Source of the DNA: Polyangiaceae bacterium
GTDB lineage: Bacteria; Myxococcota_A; Polyangia; Polyangiales; Polyangiaceae
Length of the DNA: 64,000 nt
Direction: 5' to 3'
Assembly: GCA_965222375.1 (NCBI GenBank)
Contig: CBDCTZ010000005.1
Coordinates: forward strand, 448,001 to 512,000
Part shown: positions 28,789 through 38,159 of the stretch, in pieces
How the letters are laid out: every line of letters starts with the position of its first letter
Numbering within the stretch: the first letter of the stretch is position 1
The notes under the pieces: model-generated
The model's input: only the letters and a program-made list of their open reading frames with translations
What the model was told of the DNA's origin: nothing
The model's database searches: none
Program-made: the position numbers and the translations under genes

Positions 28789-29628
28789 TCAAGTCTCGCT
28801 GCGCAAGACGGCGATTCCCACGTCGCTTCCCAGGACTTCGGTCTTGCCAACGGCCAGAGTGAAGTCCCGGCCCGTTATTTCCAGCTCGGTGCTGAACAGC
28901 CCGTCTTTCAGGTTCGAGAGGGGCTTCTTGTCCACGATGGCCTTCGCGTTCACCGCGGGCGAGACGGGCGCGCCGTAGGCCGCGTCACCGACCACGACAT
29001 ACACGTATAGTAGGGGCATCTTGTCATCGGCGCCGGCTTCATCCCGCACCTGACCGCGCAGCGCGTTTTCCAGCCGGTATGCGTAGGCAGACCAGGACCA
29101 ACCCGTGACGTAGAGTGCTTGGGTCTTGCCACCGCTGACAATGGGCTGCGCCGCAACCCATTGTCCATCGGGTCCCTTGACCCCCGCTGCTTCCGGCATC
29201 GACCCCGCCGTCTCGACGTACTTCCCGCCCAAGGCCTGCTTGAGCTTCGGGTAGCTGGCGAAGGCGTTCTTCCCAACCATCAGGTCCTGCTCTTGGTCAT
29301 TGCGAACCACGACGCCTTTCACGTCCACGATCGCAAAGAAGGTGGACTTGGCAACCCTCAAGTCTTGCACCTTGGACCGCGCTCGTTTCAAACCCTTGCG
29401 CACCGCTGGGAGGTCCTCGGCCGGCGCCGTGTCCTTTTCGAACAAGGCCACCAAGTGCTTGGCGCCTTCAGGCAGGCCGCTGCGCACCTCCGCAACGTCT
29501 GCTTCTGCCGCTTTGGTCAAGAACGCGACGTGGCCACGCGCGCTTTCCAAAGACTTCTTGCTGCCTCGGTCGCAACCGGAAGCTAGTGTCAAAAGGCCGA
29601 TGGCTAGGATAAATGCGCGCCGAAGCAT
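28789..29628 (-). CDS. Hypothetical lipoprotein, possibly Cache/PDC-like fold
   Basis: Lipobox LASG-C; FFAIVDVKGVVV..N segment. Confidence 0.65.
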   Translation of the reverse strand: MLRRAFILAIGLLTLASGCDRGSKKSLESARGHVAFLTKAAEADVAEVRSGLPEGAKHLVALFEKDTAPAEDLPAVRKGLKRARSKVQDLRVAKSTFFAIVDVKGVVVRNDQEQDLMVGKNAFASYPKLKQALGGKYVETAGSMPEAAGVKGPDGQWVAAQPIVSGGKTQALYVTGWSWSAYAYRLENALRGQVRDEAGADDKMPLLYVYVVVGDAAYGAPVSPAVNAKAIVDKKPLSNLKDGLFSTELEITGRDFTLAVGKTEVLGSDVGIAVLRSET

Positions 29629-29660
29629 AGTCTCATTCGTCTTGCTGACGGTTTTCGGCG

Positions 29661-30515
29661 ATGCTACTCGCTTTGGTTCACCACGTCGAAGATGAATCGC
29701 TCAGGACCCTCGTGTCAGGCCAGGACCCTCCCGCTTCCAATCGCTTGAGCGACGCTCCGGCGGCGCCCCGACAGCCCAATTGGGATCGGTCGCGGGACTC
29801 CTTACGAGCCGTGCACGAGATGGTCGCACCCGACGACTTGAGCGTCGTCTTTCAGCCCATTGTGAAGCTCGCCAATACTCGGCTATTCGCCTACGAGGCC
29901 CTGGTGCGCTGCCGAGTGCCTCAATACGCCAACCCCCTGGTGCTGTTTCAGCAGGCGGTGGCGGCCGGCTGCGCCGGACGCATGGGGCGGATGATTCGTG
30001 AAATCGCCGTGCAACTGGCGGGCTCCACGCCCTTGTTCGTCAACGTGCACCCACACGAATTGAGCGAAAGCTGGCTGGTGCGCCCGGATGACCCCATCTA
30101 TCAGCACGACGACGAGGTCTACCTCGAGTTGACTGAGTCGGTACCCCTCACCCACTTCGATCTCTGCCTCAATGTGCTACGCGAGGTCCGAAATCGCGGC
30201 GGCGTTCACTTGGTCGTCGACGATCTGGGCGCGGGCTGTTCAAACCTGAAGCGCATCGCAGACCTCGAGCCCCGGGTGGTCAAACTCGATCGCGACTTGA
30301 TTTCCGGACTGGATCGCAGTGAACGCCAGCGCAAGATGGTCACGAGCGTGGTTCGGCTCTGCAAGCAGCTCGACGCAGTCGTCGTAGCCGAAGGGGTGGA
30401 AACCGCGGACGAGCACTTTGCCCTGGTCGACACCGGCGCAAACTACGCACAGGGCTACGTTTACGCTCGCCCGGGCTACCCGATCCCGAGCATCCAGGTT
30501 CCCCGCAGGGTGTGA
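29661..30515 (+). CDS. Stand-alone EAL-domain c-di-GMP phosphodiesterase
   Basis: Motifs FQPIV, YEALVR, FVNV, LELTE, DDLG, VKLD, AEGVE, QGY. Start uncertain. Confidence 0.9.
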   Translation: MLLALVHHVEDESLRTLVSGQDPPASNRLSDAPAAPRQPNWDRSRDSLRAVHEMVAPDDLSVVFQPIVKLANTRLFAYEALVRCRVPQYANPLVLFQQAVAAGCAGRMGRMIREIAVQLAGSTPLFVNVHPHELSESWLVRPDDPIYQHDDEVYLELTESVPLTHFDLCLNVLREVRNRGGVHLVVDDLGAGCSNLKRIADLEPRVVKLDRDLISGLDRSERQRKMVTSVVRLCKQLDAVVVAEGVETADEHFALVDTGANYAQGYVYARPGYPIPSIQVPRRV

Positions 30516-30527
30516 GCGGGACTCAGC

Positions 30528-31538
30528 TCAGGCTGCACACACGAAATCTACGCCCTCGCGGTAGCCCCAACCCTGGAGCGCCACGCGGATTTGCTCCCGG
30601 GGTGCGGCGCCGGCAACGGAAGCGACGATGGGCTCCCCGCGCCGCTGTGCCAGCGCGTCAGGTGTCACGACCTGAGCTCCGCGAATGCGCTGACCGATCC
30701 GCCCCCGGTGTAGCTCCACGATGAGGCTCGGGTGCTTGCCATGACTCGACAGCGCCGCACAGAGCTCCTTGCCGGTGTCGCCGTAGCCCCAAAGGATGTA
30801 GCGCTCGTCGGCGCTGAGAAAGCCTTGGGACAGGTAGTGCGCCTTGCAGGCCACGATGCGGTCCTGTCGACAAATGGGGCTGGTGCGCGAAAGACGCTCG
30901 GGGCTTTCGCGCCAGTACAGCAGCCGCTCTGGAACAACCGAAACTTGCAAACCGTCAGCGAGCATGCGTAGCACGAGGTCGTAGTCTTCCGGCCAGCCCC
31001 GGTCCGCATACCTGAACCGTCGCAACACGCCGCGGCGGACCATCAGGGACGGGTGCGCCACGGGGCATTCGATGAACGCATCTCGAGCTAGGCCTTCCGA
31101 ATCCCGGATGGAGCACAGCCATGCTTCGTAGTTCCTCATCCCGTCGCTGAGCGCTCGGGTCGGGAACAACCGAACGTGACAGCCCAGCGCGGCAACCGCC
31201 GGGTGCGCCTCGAAGCCTTGCACCTGCAGCGCGAGACGATGTTTGTGACACAGGTCGTCGGCATCCATCCTTGCGACAAGCTGCCCCCGGCACTGCTCCA
31301 ACCCGATGTTGAGGGCGGAAACAATCCCGGCGCCCTGCCCCACCACCATGCGGATCCGCGGATCTGCCCTCGCCACGGCTTGGACGACTCTGGGGGTGGC
31401 ATCGGTGGACCCGTCATCCACGACGACGCATTCGAAATCGTTCAGAGACTGTCGGCAGATCGTCGCCAATGCCGCCGGAAGAGTTTCCGCAGCATTACGC
31501 GCGGGCAACAGAACGCTGACCCGCGGTGAGCTAGCCAC
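30528..31538 (-). CDS. Glycosyltransferase family 2
   Basis: Motifs VSVLLPARN, VDDGSTD, ARMDADD, HPS, PEDYDL; C-terminal Rossmann-like WGYG. Confidence 0.9.
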   Translation of the reverse strand: MASSPRVSVLLPARNAAETLPAALATICRQSLNDFECVVVDDGSTDATPRVVQAVARADPRIRMVVGQGAGIVSALNIGLEQCRGQLVARMDADDLCHKHRLALQVQGFEAHPAVAALGCHVRLFPTRALSDGMRNYEAWLCSIRDSEGLARDAFIECPVAHPSLMVRRGVLRRFRYADRGWPEDYDLVLRMLADGLQVSVVPERLLYWRESPERLSRTSPICRQDRIVACKAHYLSQGFLSADERYILWGYGDTGKELCAALSSHGKHPSLIVELHRGRIGQRIRGAQVVTPDALAQRRGEPIVASVAGAAPREQIRVALQGWGYREGVDFVCAA

Positions 31539-32271
31539 GCTCGCGCACTGCTGCCAACACCGCTGCAACGTGCCCTGGAACCTTCACACCGCGCCAGACC
31601 CTTCGCACGACACCACTGGGCCCGACGACGAAGGTGCTGCGCTCCACTCCCATGTACTCGCGACCATAGAGCCGCTTCTTCACCCAGACCCCAAAGGTGT
31701 TGCAGAGAACCCGAGAGTTGTCCGACAGCAAAGTGAAAGGCAGCCGTTGTTTGCTCACGAACTTGGCGTGGGTTGCGACGGAGTCCGGGCTCACCCCGAT
31801 GACTCGCGCACCCGCGCGCCTGAAGGCGCTGATCGCATCCCGAAAATCGCACGCTTCTTGCGTGCAACCGGGAGTGTCATCCTTCGGGTAGAAGTACAGG
31901 ACATAAGGCGCACCGCGCAGCTCCTTGGAACTCAGCCAGCGCCCTTCCTGGTCTTGCAACCGGAAGTCAGGCGCCCTCGACCCAGGTACGACAGAGCCGG
32001 AACGATCCGGGTCCGCCGCCACCTTGGCGCGCCTGCCAGGCGTCGCTCTCCGTTGCGCCGCCTTCGTGGCCTTGGGGGCGCTGGCAGCGGAGCCCGAGCG
32101 CTTCTTTACCGTCGTCCTCTTTTTGGACGCCTTGGTAGCGGTCGCCTTCCTATTCGTCTTGCGTGCAGCGCTTTTCTTGGTCGTAGTAGTGGCTGCCTTT
32201 TTCTTGGACGCCGCGGCACGTTTTCGCGGCGGGGCCTGCTTGGCTTTCGTCTTCGCTTTCTTCGATGCCAT
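31531..32271 (-). CDS. bcp: Bcp/PrxQ peroxiredoxin with N-terminal Lys/Ala/Arg-rich (histone H1-like) extension
   Basis: YFYPKDDTPGCTQEAC, ERSTF, KVPGH. About 90-aa basic tail starting MASKKAKTKAK at 32271. Confidence 0.88.
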   Translation of the reverse strand: MASKKAKTKAKQAPPRKRAAASKKKAATTTTKKSAARKTNRKATATKASKKRTTVKKRSGSAASAPKATKAAQRRATPGRRAKVAADPDRSGSVVPGSRAPDFRLQDQEGRWLSSKELRGAPYVLYFYPKDDTPGCTQEACDFRDAISAFRRAGARVIGVSPDSVATHAKFVSKQRLPFTLLSDNSRVLCNTFGVWVKKRLYGREYMGVERSTFVVGPSGVVRRVWRGVKVPGHVAAVLAAVRERG

Positions 32272-32377
32272 CTGGCGTCTCCCTGCAGCGGCCAAGTCTT
32301 GGCACGAAGGAATTGTCTGCCGCAAGGGGGCAAAGCCGGACACAGGTGTGCCGGGGGGCAACCAGCGGTGGCGATGG

Positions 32378-33298
32378 TCAGCGTACTTCGACGATGCGCA
32401 GGCTGACCATCACGAGGGCATCTGCGCCAGGATACTTGCCCCAGACGCTGACGCCATATCGCCCCGGCTTCTGGGCATCGCTGAGCGGTGCGTCGATGCT
32501 GAACCTGTTTCCGGTGATCTTCACGGGCATGGGAGTCTTGAAGCCCGCTGGAAAATACAAGATGAAGGGCTCCGGAACCGGATACACGTTGGTCTGGTTG
32601 AGTTCCGCCGCGCTCTTCGGCTTGCGAGGTTCGATGCGGCTGAAGCCGACCCCGCCGAATTCCACCGGAGCCGAGATGGACCCGCTGACGCGGATCTTCT
32701 GCCCAACTTTCGCGAGCCTGGGAACGGCGTCGTACTCTCCGTAGCTGTCGACGAACTCCTGCGCCATGCAAGGCTGATCCACCCCGACCGGCTTCCCGAG
32801 GCCAATACCCAGGAAGTTGTGCACCGGCTTGAGGATGTTCTTGCGGTGGCCATCGTTGGGAGGCACTTCGCTGATGAACGCTGTCTCTATCTTCTCCAAT
32901 TGAGATGCCGTGAACGTGGGGTTCGGGTCCAACCGCCGCGGCGTGCCGTCGAAGAAGCAGGCAGCGTTCTCTTGAACGAAGTGAGTGCCGCCCGCCTCCG
33001 TGTAGCGCTGCTCGGGAACGGAGCCGTCGCTGCCCCAGTGCGCCGTGAAACCGTTCTTGACCATGTCTTCCACGTGGCGCTGCGCGGCTCGCTCAGCAGT
33101 TTCGTCCAGCGCAACCGGAGGCAGCCCTTCCTTTTCCCGGTCTCGGTTGACGAGGTCGAGCACGAAACGACGAGCTGTCTGCAGATCCATCGGTCCCTCT
33201 GGCCGCTCCAGGGGCGGCAACTTCCCTCCACCGCTGTGGCCCTTCGCGTTGCACCCGAGGAGCAGGCCTGCGGTCAGCAATACGGCGATGCGCGACAT
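32378..33298 (-). CDS. CAP (SCP) domain lipoprotein
   Basis: Lipobox LLLG-C; LVNRDR, AQRHVEDM, H..SDG, ENAA, GHRKNIL, GIG, QEF. Confidence 0.85.
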   Translation of the reverse strand: MSRIAVLLTAGLLLGCNAKGHSGGGKLPPLERPEGPMDLQTARRFVLDLVNRDREKEGLPPVALDETAERAAQRHVEDMVKNGFTAHWGSDGSVPEQRYTEAGGTHFVQENAACFFDGTPRRLDPNPTFTASQLEKIETAFISEVPPNDGHRKNILKPVHNFLGIGLGKPVGVDQPCMAQEFVDSYGEYDAVPRLAKVGQKIRVSGSISAPVEFGGVGFSRIEPRKPKSAAELNQTNVYPVPEPFILYFPAGFKTPMPVKITGNRFSIDAPLSDAQKPGRYGVSVWGKYPGADALVMVSLRIVEVR

Positions 33299-33428
33299 GG
33301 GTTTGCTTTTACGCTAGGGCCGTCAGCCCAGGCCAGCCGGCCCCGGCAAATTGTCTACAATGCCGGGGTTGTCCTCGGGAATTGATGGGTTAGATTGCGC
33401 CAACTCATCGACCCATTGGAGTTAAAGC

Positions 33429-33899
33429 ATGCTTGATTTGCCCGATCCCGGCCTGTATCGCACCACTCAACCCATGCCTGGCCATGAGGAAGCGTTTCCC
33501 GCAGGCGTGCTGGTGTACGTGGGGCAGCCGCAGAACGGCGGAGTGAAGTTCGTGGTGCGCCCAGGGCAGAATCGGAACAACCGCTGGTTCTGGGGCGAGC
33601 CGACCACCGCACTCCGCTCTCCGTCTTGGGCCAAAACGCTGCGCGCGCTACCGTCGGAGGGGTACTACACGCTGCCCGAGGCCGTGGAGTTCGAGGGTGG
33701 CGGCCGTTGGCTAAAGAACGCCATCGTTCAACTCGGCTACAACGAAGAAGGGCGGGGCATCATCTTCGTCGGCGAGCAGCGTGAGGCCGAGACGAGCAAT
33801 GCGCTATTTTTCAGTGATCGCGGCATGGTGGTGGACGATTCCATGCTCGAGCGTCTGATTTGGGCGCCAATTCTGCCCGTATCCAACGAAGAAAGCTGA
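33429..33899 (+). CDS. Hypothetical protein
   Basis: GGAG upstream; typical codon usage; no family recognised. Confidence 0.7.
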   Translation: MLDLPDPGLYRTTQPMPGHEEAFPAGVLVYVGQPQNGGVKFVVRPGQNRNNRWFWGEPTTALRSPSWAKTLRALPSEGYYTLPEAVEFEGGGRWLKNAIVQLGYNEEGRGIIFVGEQREAETSNALFFSDRGMVVDDSMLERLIWAPILPVSNEES

Positions 33900-33994
33900 G
33901 TTTTCGCGCCAGAGCCCTGGGCTCCGCCAACAAAAATGCTATTCCCGCCCCGCCCGGGCGCAAGAAACCCTCGGACCGGGCCTCTGGGAGTAAC

Positions 33995-35299
33995 ATGAAG
34001 GCTTTCTACGTGTACTGGGCCGCCACCGGCCTTGGGCTAGGACTTTCGGTCACGGCAGCTTGTTCCAGCGCGAACAGCGGCAACGATTTTGGCAACGGCG
34101 GTAGCGCTGCCACGGGCGGAACTGGGGCCAGCGGCACTGGTGGCGCCGACTCGGGCATTGCCTTCGATAGCGGAACTCCCGATAGCGGCGGCCCCACCGA
34201 CGCCTCGGCCTGCAGCAAGTTGACGGCCAAGACGGAGCTGGAACTCAAGCCCGTCGACATCATCTTCGTCGTCGACAACTCCTGCTCGATGGACAAGGAG
34301 TCCCAGGCCATCGAGCAGAACATCAACACCAACTTCGCGCAGATCATCAGCGCCAGCGGCATCGACTATCGCGTCGTGATGATCAGCCAGCACAGCCCAT
34401 CGAACAAGACAATTGGGGCCTACTACGGCATCTGCGTGGGAGCGCCTCTTGGTGGGTCTGTGTGTCCGATCACAGAAGTGCAGGCGCCAACCAACAATCC
34501 GCCGCTCTATCACGCCTACGATAAGCTCTACGTCAACAGCCACGACACCCTGTGCCGGCTTCTGGAGTGGTACGACCAACCGGATCGCTACAACCTCGCG
34601 CCCGGCGGCTACAAAGACTACCTGCGCACGGAAGCCTTCAAGATCTTCGTATCCTTCACGGATGACGGCATCAACTGCAACTACAACGGCAAGAAGTACA
34701 ACGACAACAACAGCGTCAGTGGCGGTACCTCGGTCGGCCAGCAGTGGGACGCGGACATTCTGGCGCGAGACCCCGCTATGTTCGGAACCGTGGCGGACCG
34801 GAACTACGCGTTCTACAGCGTGATCGGCATCGGCTCCAATCCCGCCAATCCCAACAAGTCCTGGTCCCCCACGGATCCCATCAATACGACCGAGTGCTCC
34901 AGTGCGATAGATCCCGGTACCGGCTACCAGCAACTCAGCAACATGACCGGCGGGCTGAAGTTCCCGGTCTGCGAGGGCAGCGGCTTCGATGTCGTGTTCT
35001 CGGAGCTGGCCAAGGGTGTGATCAAGGGAGCGAAGATCGCCTGCGAGTTCGATGTGCCCGAGCCGCCCGAGGGCAAGGAAATCGACCTGAGCAGCGTCGG
35101 CGTCGGCTTCACCCCTGGAACCGGTGGCCCCCAACAAAAATTCAATCAGGTTGCAAATCAGGCAGCCTGCACGCCAACCTCCTTCTACATAGAGGCGGGG
35201 AAGATCCGGCTCTGCCAGGACGCCTGTTTGGTCGTCCAAAACGACACCGCGGGCCAGCTGGATGTCTTGATCGACTGCCTGAAAGACATTCCGAAGTAA
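33995..35299 (+). CDS. Cys-rich vWA/MIDAS lipoprotein, paralog 1 of 4
   Basis: Lipobox VTAA-C, Gly-rich linker, DIIFVVDNSCSM, FTDD, C-terminal ...DCLKDIPK. Confidence 0.85.
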   Translation: MKAFYVYWAATGLGLGLSVTAACSSANSGNDFGNGGSAATGGTGASGTGGADSGIAFDSGTPDSGGPTDASACSKLTAKTELELKPVDIIFVVDNSCSMDKESQAIEQNINTNFAQIISASGIDYRVVMISQHSPSNKTIGAYYGICVGAPLGGSVCPITEVQAPTNNPPLYHAYDKLYVNSHDTLCRLLEWYDQPDRYNLAPGGYKDYLRTEAFKIFVSFTDDGINCNYNGKKYNDNNSVSGGTSVGQQWDADILARDPAMFGTVADRNYAFYSVIGIGSNPANPNKSWSPTDPINTTECSSAIDPGTGYQQLSNMTGGLKFPVCEGSGFDVVFSELAKGVIKGAKIACEFDVPEPPEGKEIDLSSVGVGFTPGTGGPQQKFNQVANQAACTPTSFYIEAGKIRLCQDACLVVQNDTAGQLDVLIDCLKDIPK

Positions 35300-35400
35300 G
35301 AAATCCGTCGCAACCCGCAAAAGCGGGCTGCACGTGTCCTACATTATGCTACCTTGTCCCCAAGGTTGGCCCTGGGCAGGCCCCGAATAAGGAAGAGTAC

Positions 35401-36729
35401 ATGATGAAGTTCTCCGGATATCTCGGATATGCAGTAGTCGGTCTTCTCTTCGGCGTAGGTGCGATCAGCGCCTGTTCGAGCGCTACGGATGGCAACCATG
35501 TCGGCGCGGGCGGCAGCTCTGCAGCAACCGGCGTCGGCGGCCAAGCAGCCTTCTCGGGCACCGGAGCGTCGGATTCGGGCATCAGCTTCGATGGGGGGAA
35601 CAATGACAGCGGCACCGCGACGGACGCCAGCGCCTGCGGCAAGTTGGCTGCGACGGCGGAGATCGAAGTGCGACCCGTCGACGTGATCTTCATCGTCGAT
35701 AACTCCTGCTCGATGAACAAGGAGGCCCAGGGCGTGGAGGACAACATCTCCACGAACTTCGCCCAGATCATCAGCGCCAGCGGCGTCGACTACCGCGTGA
35801 TCTTGATCAGCGAAAATGGCCCGACCTCCCAGGCCTCGATTTGCATCGGAGCTCCCCTGGGCGGAACCCTCTGCCCGCCTGGAACGAACACCCCCCCCAC
35901 CAACAATCCTCCGTTGTTCCATCACTACGACCCCGACGACATCGAAAGCACCGACGGCTGGTGCAGCGCCGCGCACTGGTACGACAAGCCCGACCGCTAT
36001 GGTCTCGCGACTCAGGGCTGGAAAGAGTGGCTCCGCCCCAACGCCCTCAAAGCCTTCGTGATGATGACCGACGACCGCGTCAACTGCGGCCTCAATCCCT
36101 ATTACAAGTTCGGTTGCAGCAGCAGCACGACCTGTTTCAAAGACAGCTCCAATCCCATGAGTGCCGCGCAACAATTCGATGCCGAATTGCTGAAGCTGGA
36201 CCCCGCCATGTTCGGGACCGTCGCCAAGCGCAACTACGTTTGGTACAGCATCGTCGGCGTGGCCCCGAACCCCGCAGATCCGACGGGCGCCTACAAACCC
36301 ACCGAGCCCATCACCAACAGCAAGTGCAGCAGCGCGGTGAATACCAGCCCGGGCAATCAGGCCCTCAGCCAATTGACCGGTGGCCTGCGCTTCCCGGTCT
36401 GCGAGGGGCAGAACTTCAGCGCCGTGTTCCAATCCATCGCCCAGGGCGTGATTGCCGGAGCCAAGATCGCCTGTGAGTTCAACTTGCCCGACCCGCCCAA
36501 GGGCAAGGAGTTCGACCTCAGCAGCGTCACCGTTGACTACACCGCTGGCGGCACCACAACGCCTCAAAACCTGAAGCAGGTGCCCAACCTCGCGGCCTGT
36601 ACTCCGGGCAGCTTCTACATTGACACCAATCGTGTCTTCCTGTGCCCCGACGCCTGTAACTCCGTGCAGCAGGACCCGGACGCAAAGCTCGATGTGCTCG
36701 TCGATTGCGTGAAGGACATCCCACGCTAA
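35401..36729 (+). CDS. Cys-rich vWA/MIDAS lipoprotein, paralog 2 of 4
   Basis: Lipobox AISA-C, DVIFIVDNSCSM, MTDD, ...DCVKDIPR. Confidence 0.85.
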   Translation: MMKFSGYLGYAVVGLLFGVGAISACSSATDGNHVGAGGSSAATGVGGQAAFSGTGASDSGISFDGGNNDSGTATDASACGKLAATAEIEVRPVDVIFIVDNSCSMNKEAQGVEDNISTNFAQIISASGVDYRVILISENGPTSQASICIGAPLGGTLCPPGTNTPPTNNPPLFHHYDPDDIESTDGWCSAAHWYDKPDRYGLATQGWKEWLRPNALKAFVMMTDDRVNCGLNPYYKFGCSSSTTCFKDSSNPMSAAQQFDAELLKLDPAMFGTVAKRNYVWYSIVGVAPNPADPTGAYKPTEPITNSKCSSAVNTSPGNQALSQLTGGLRFPVCEGQNFSAVFQSIAQGVIAGAKIACEFNLPDPPKGKEFDLSSVTVDYTAGGTTTPQNLKQVPNLAACTPGSFYIDTNRVFLCPDACNSVQQDPDAKLDVLVDCVKDIPR

Positions 36730-36778
36730 CAACAGAAGTCACAACAAGGCGGGCGCCCGGCGCCCAGTGGAGAATCCA

Positions 36779-38068
36779 ATGCGACTTGCTTTCTATCTGG
36801 GGTTTGCGTCTCTCGGCATTGTCCTAGGCACTAGTTCATTGAGCGCCTGTTCGAGCGCAAACGACGGCAATCAAGTCGGCAGTGGGGGCGGTACAGCGGC
36901 CACGGGTGCGGGAGGCGGCATCGGGGCAGGCACGGGCACGGGCGGCTCGGATGCGGGCATCAGTTTCGACAGCGGCAAGACCGACAGCGGCGCGACCGAC
37001 GCCAGTGCCTGCGGCAAGCTGCAGGCGACCGCCGAGATTGAAGTCAAGCCTGCCGACATCGTGTTCATCGTGGACAACTCCTGCTCGATGAACACCGAAG
37101 CCAAAGGCGTCCAGGACAATATCTCCACGAACTTTGCCCAGATCATCAGTGCCAGCGGCATCGACTACCGCGTGATCCTGATCTCGGACCACGGCCCGAA
37201 CAGCTCGGGATCCATCTGCGTGGGCGCACCCCTCGGCGGCACGCTCTGCCCCGTGTCTGACGGGACACCGCCCGTCAACAACCCTCCCCTGTTCTACCAG
37301 TTCGACAAGGGCAACGTCGAAAGCACCGATGGCTGGTGCAAGATGAAGAACTGGTACAACTCAGCGGACCAGCACGGCCTTGCGCCAACGGGTTGGAAAG
37401 ACTGGCTTCGCAAGGAGAGCCTGAAGGCGTTCGTGATGGTCACGGACGATCGGGTGTCGTGCAGCGGCTACTACGACTCGTCCAACCCCCTCGGTGCGGC
37501 TCAGCAATTCGATCAAGACCTGCTCGCGCTGGATCCGGCCATGTTCGGCACCGTCGCCAACCGAAACTACATCTGGTACAGCATCGTCGGTGTTGCGCAG
37601 AACCCCGCCAACCCCACCGGCGCCTATGCGCCCAACGAACCCATCACCAGCAGCAAATGTAGTGGCGCCATCAACGCCAGCCCCGGCAATCAGGCTCTCA
37701 GCCAGATCACCGGCGGGCTGCGCTTTCCGGTGTGTGAAGGCTTCAAGTACGACGAAGTCTTCAAAGCCATCGCCAAGGGCGTGATCGCTGGGGCGAAAGT
37801 CGCCTGTGAGTTCCAGCTCCCGGCTCCCCCCGAGGGCAAAGAGTTCGATCTCAATAGCGTCAGCGTGAACTACACGCCCGGCGGCTCGACCACGCCACAA
37901 AACCTGACCCAGGTGGCAAACGCCGCCGCCTGCGCACCTGGCAAGTTCTACATCGACGCGGCCCAAGACCGAGTGTTCTTGTGTCCTGCCGCGTGCAGCT
38001 CAGTGCAACAGGACCCCGACGCCAAGCTCGACGTCCTGGTCGACTGCGTGACGGACATTCCGAAATAG
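36779..38068 (+). CDS. Cys-rich vWA/MIDAS lipoprotein, paralog 3 of 4
   Basis: Lipobox SLSA-C, DIVFIVDNSCSM, VTDD, ...DCVTDIPK. Confidence 0.85.
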   Translation: MRLAFYLGFASLGIVLGTSSLSACSSANDGNQVGSGGGTAATGAGGGIGAGTGTGGSDAGISFDSGKTDSGATDASACGKLQATAEIEVKPADIVFIVDNSCSMNTEAKGVQDNISTNFAQIISASGIDYRVILISDHGPNSSGSICVGAPLGGTLCPVSDGTPPVNNPPLFYQFDKGNVESTDGWCKMKNWYNSADQHGLAPTGWKDWLRKESLKAFVMVTDDRVSCSGYYDSSNPLGAAQQFDQDLLALDPAMFGTVANRNYIWYSIVGVAQNPANPTGAYAPNEPITSSKCSGAINASPGNQALSQITGGLRFPVCEGFKYDEVFKAIAKGVIAGAKVACEFQLPAPPEGKEFDLNSVSVNYTPGGSTTPQNLTQVANAAACAPGKFYIDAAQDRVFLCPAACSSVQQDPDAKLDVLVDCVTDIPK

Positions 38069-38159
38069 GCCCCGTGGACGGCGCTCCCGGGGCGGCTAGC
38101 GTTCCGCGTGCTATTCTTGCGTCCAGTGCTAGGGTGCGCGCCGAGAGGACGGGTCATTC

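Noticed and set aside
32299..32316. TGGCACG as a sigma-54 promoter near bcp
   Set aside because: No TTGC at the required spacing, and the orientation is wrong for bcp.
31925..33385. 486-aa plus-strand ORF with a hydrophobic stretch
   Set aside because: Antisense to the Lys-rich bcp tail and the CAP gene; the hydrophobicity comes from reverse-complemented Lys codons.
34744..35400. ORF-track extensions that seem to fuse vWA paralogs (also 33860 and 40513 starts)
   Set aside because: Off-frame overlap with the upstream gene; lipobox or homology define later starts.
34037..36732. Long minus-strand ORFs (427 and 462 aa) opposite the vWA genes
   Set aside because: Antisense shadows caused by strong codon bias; they mirror the sense-strand paralogs.
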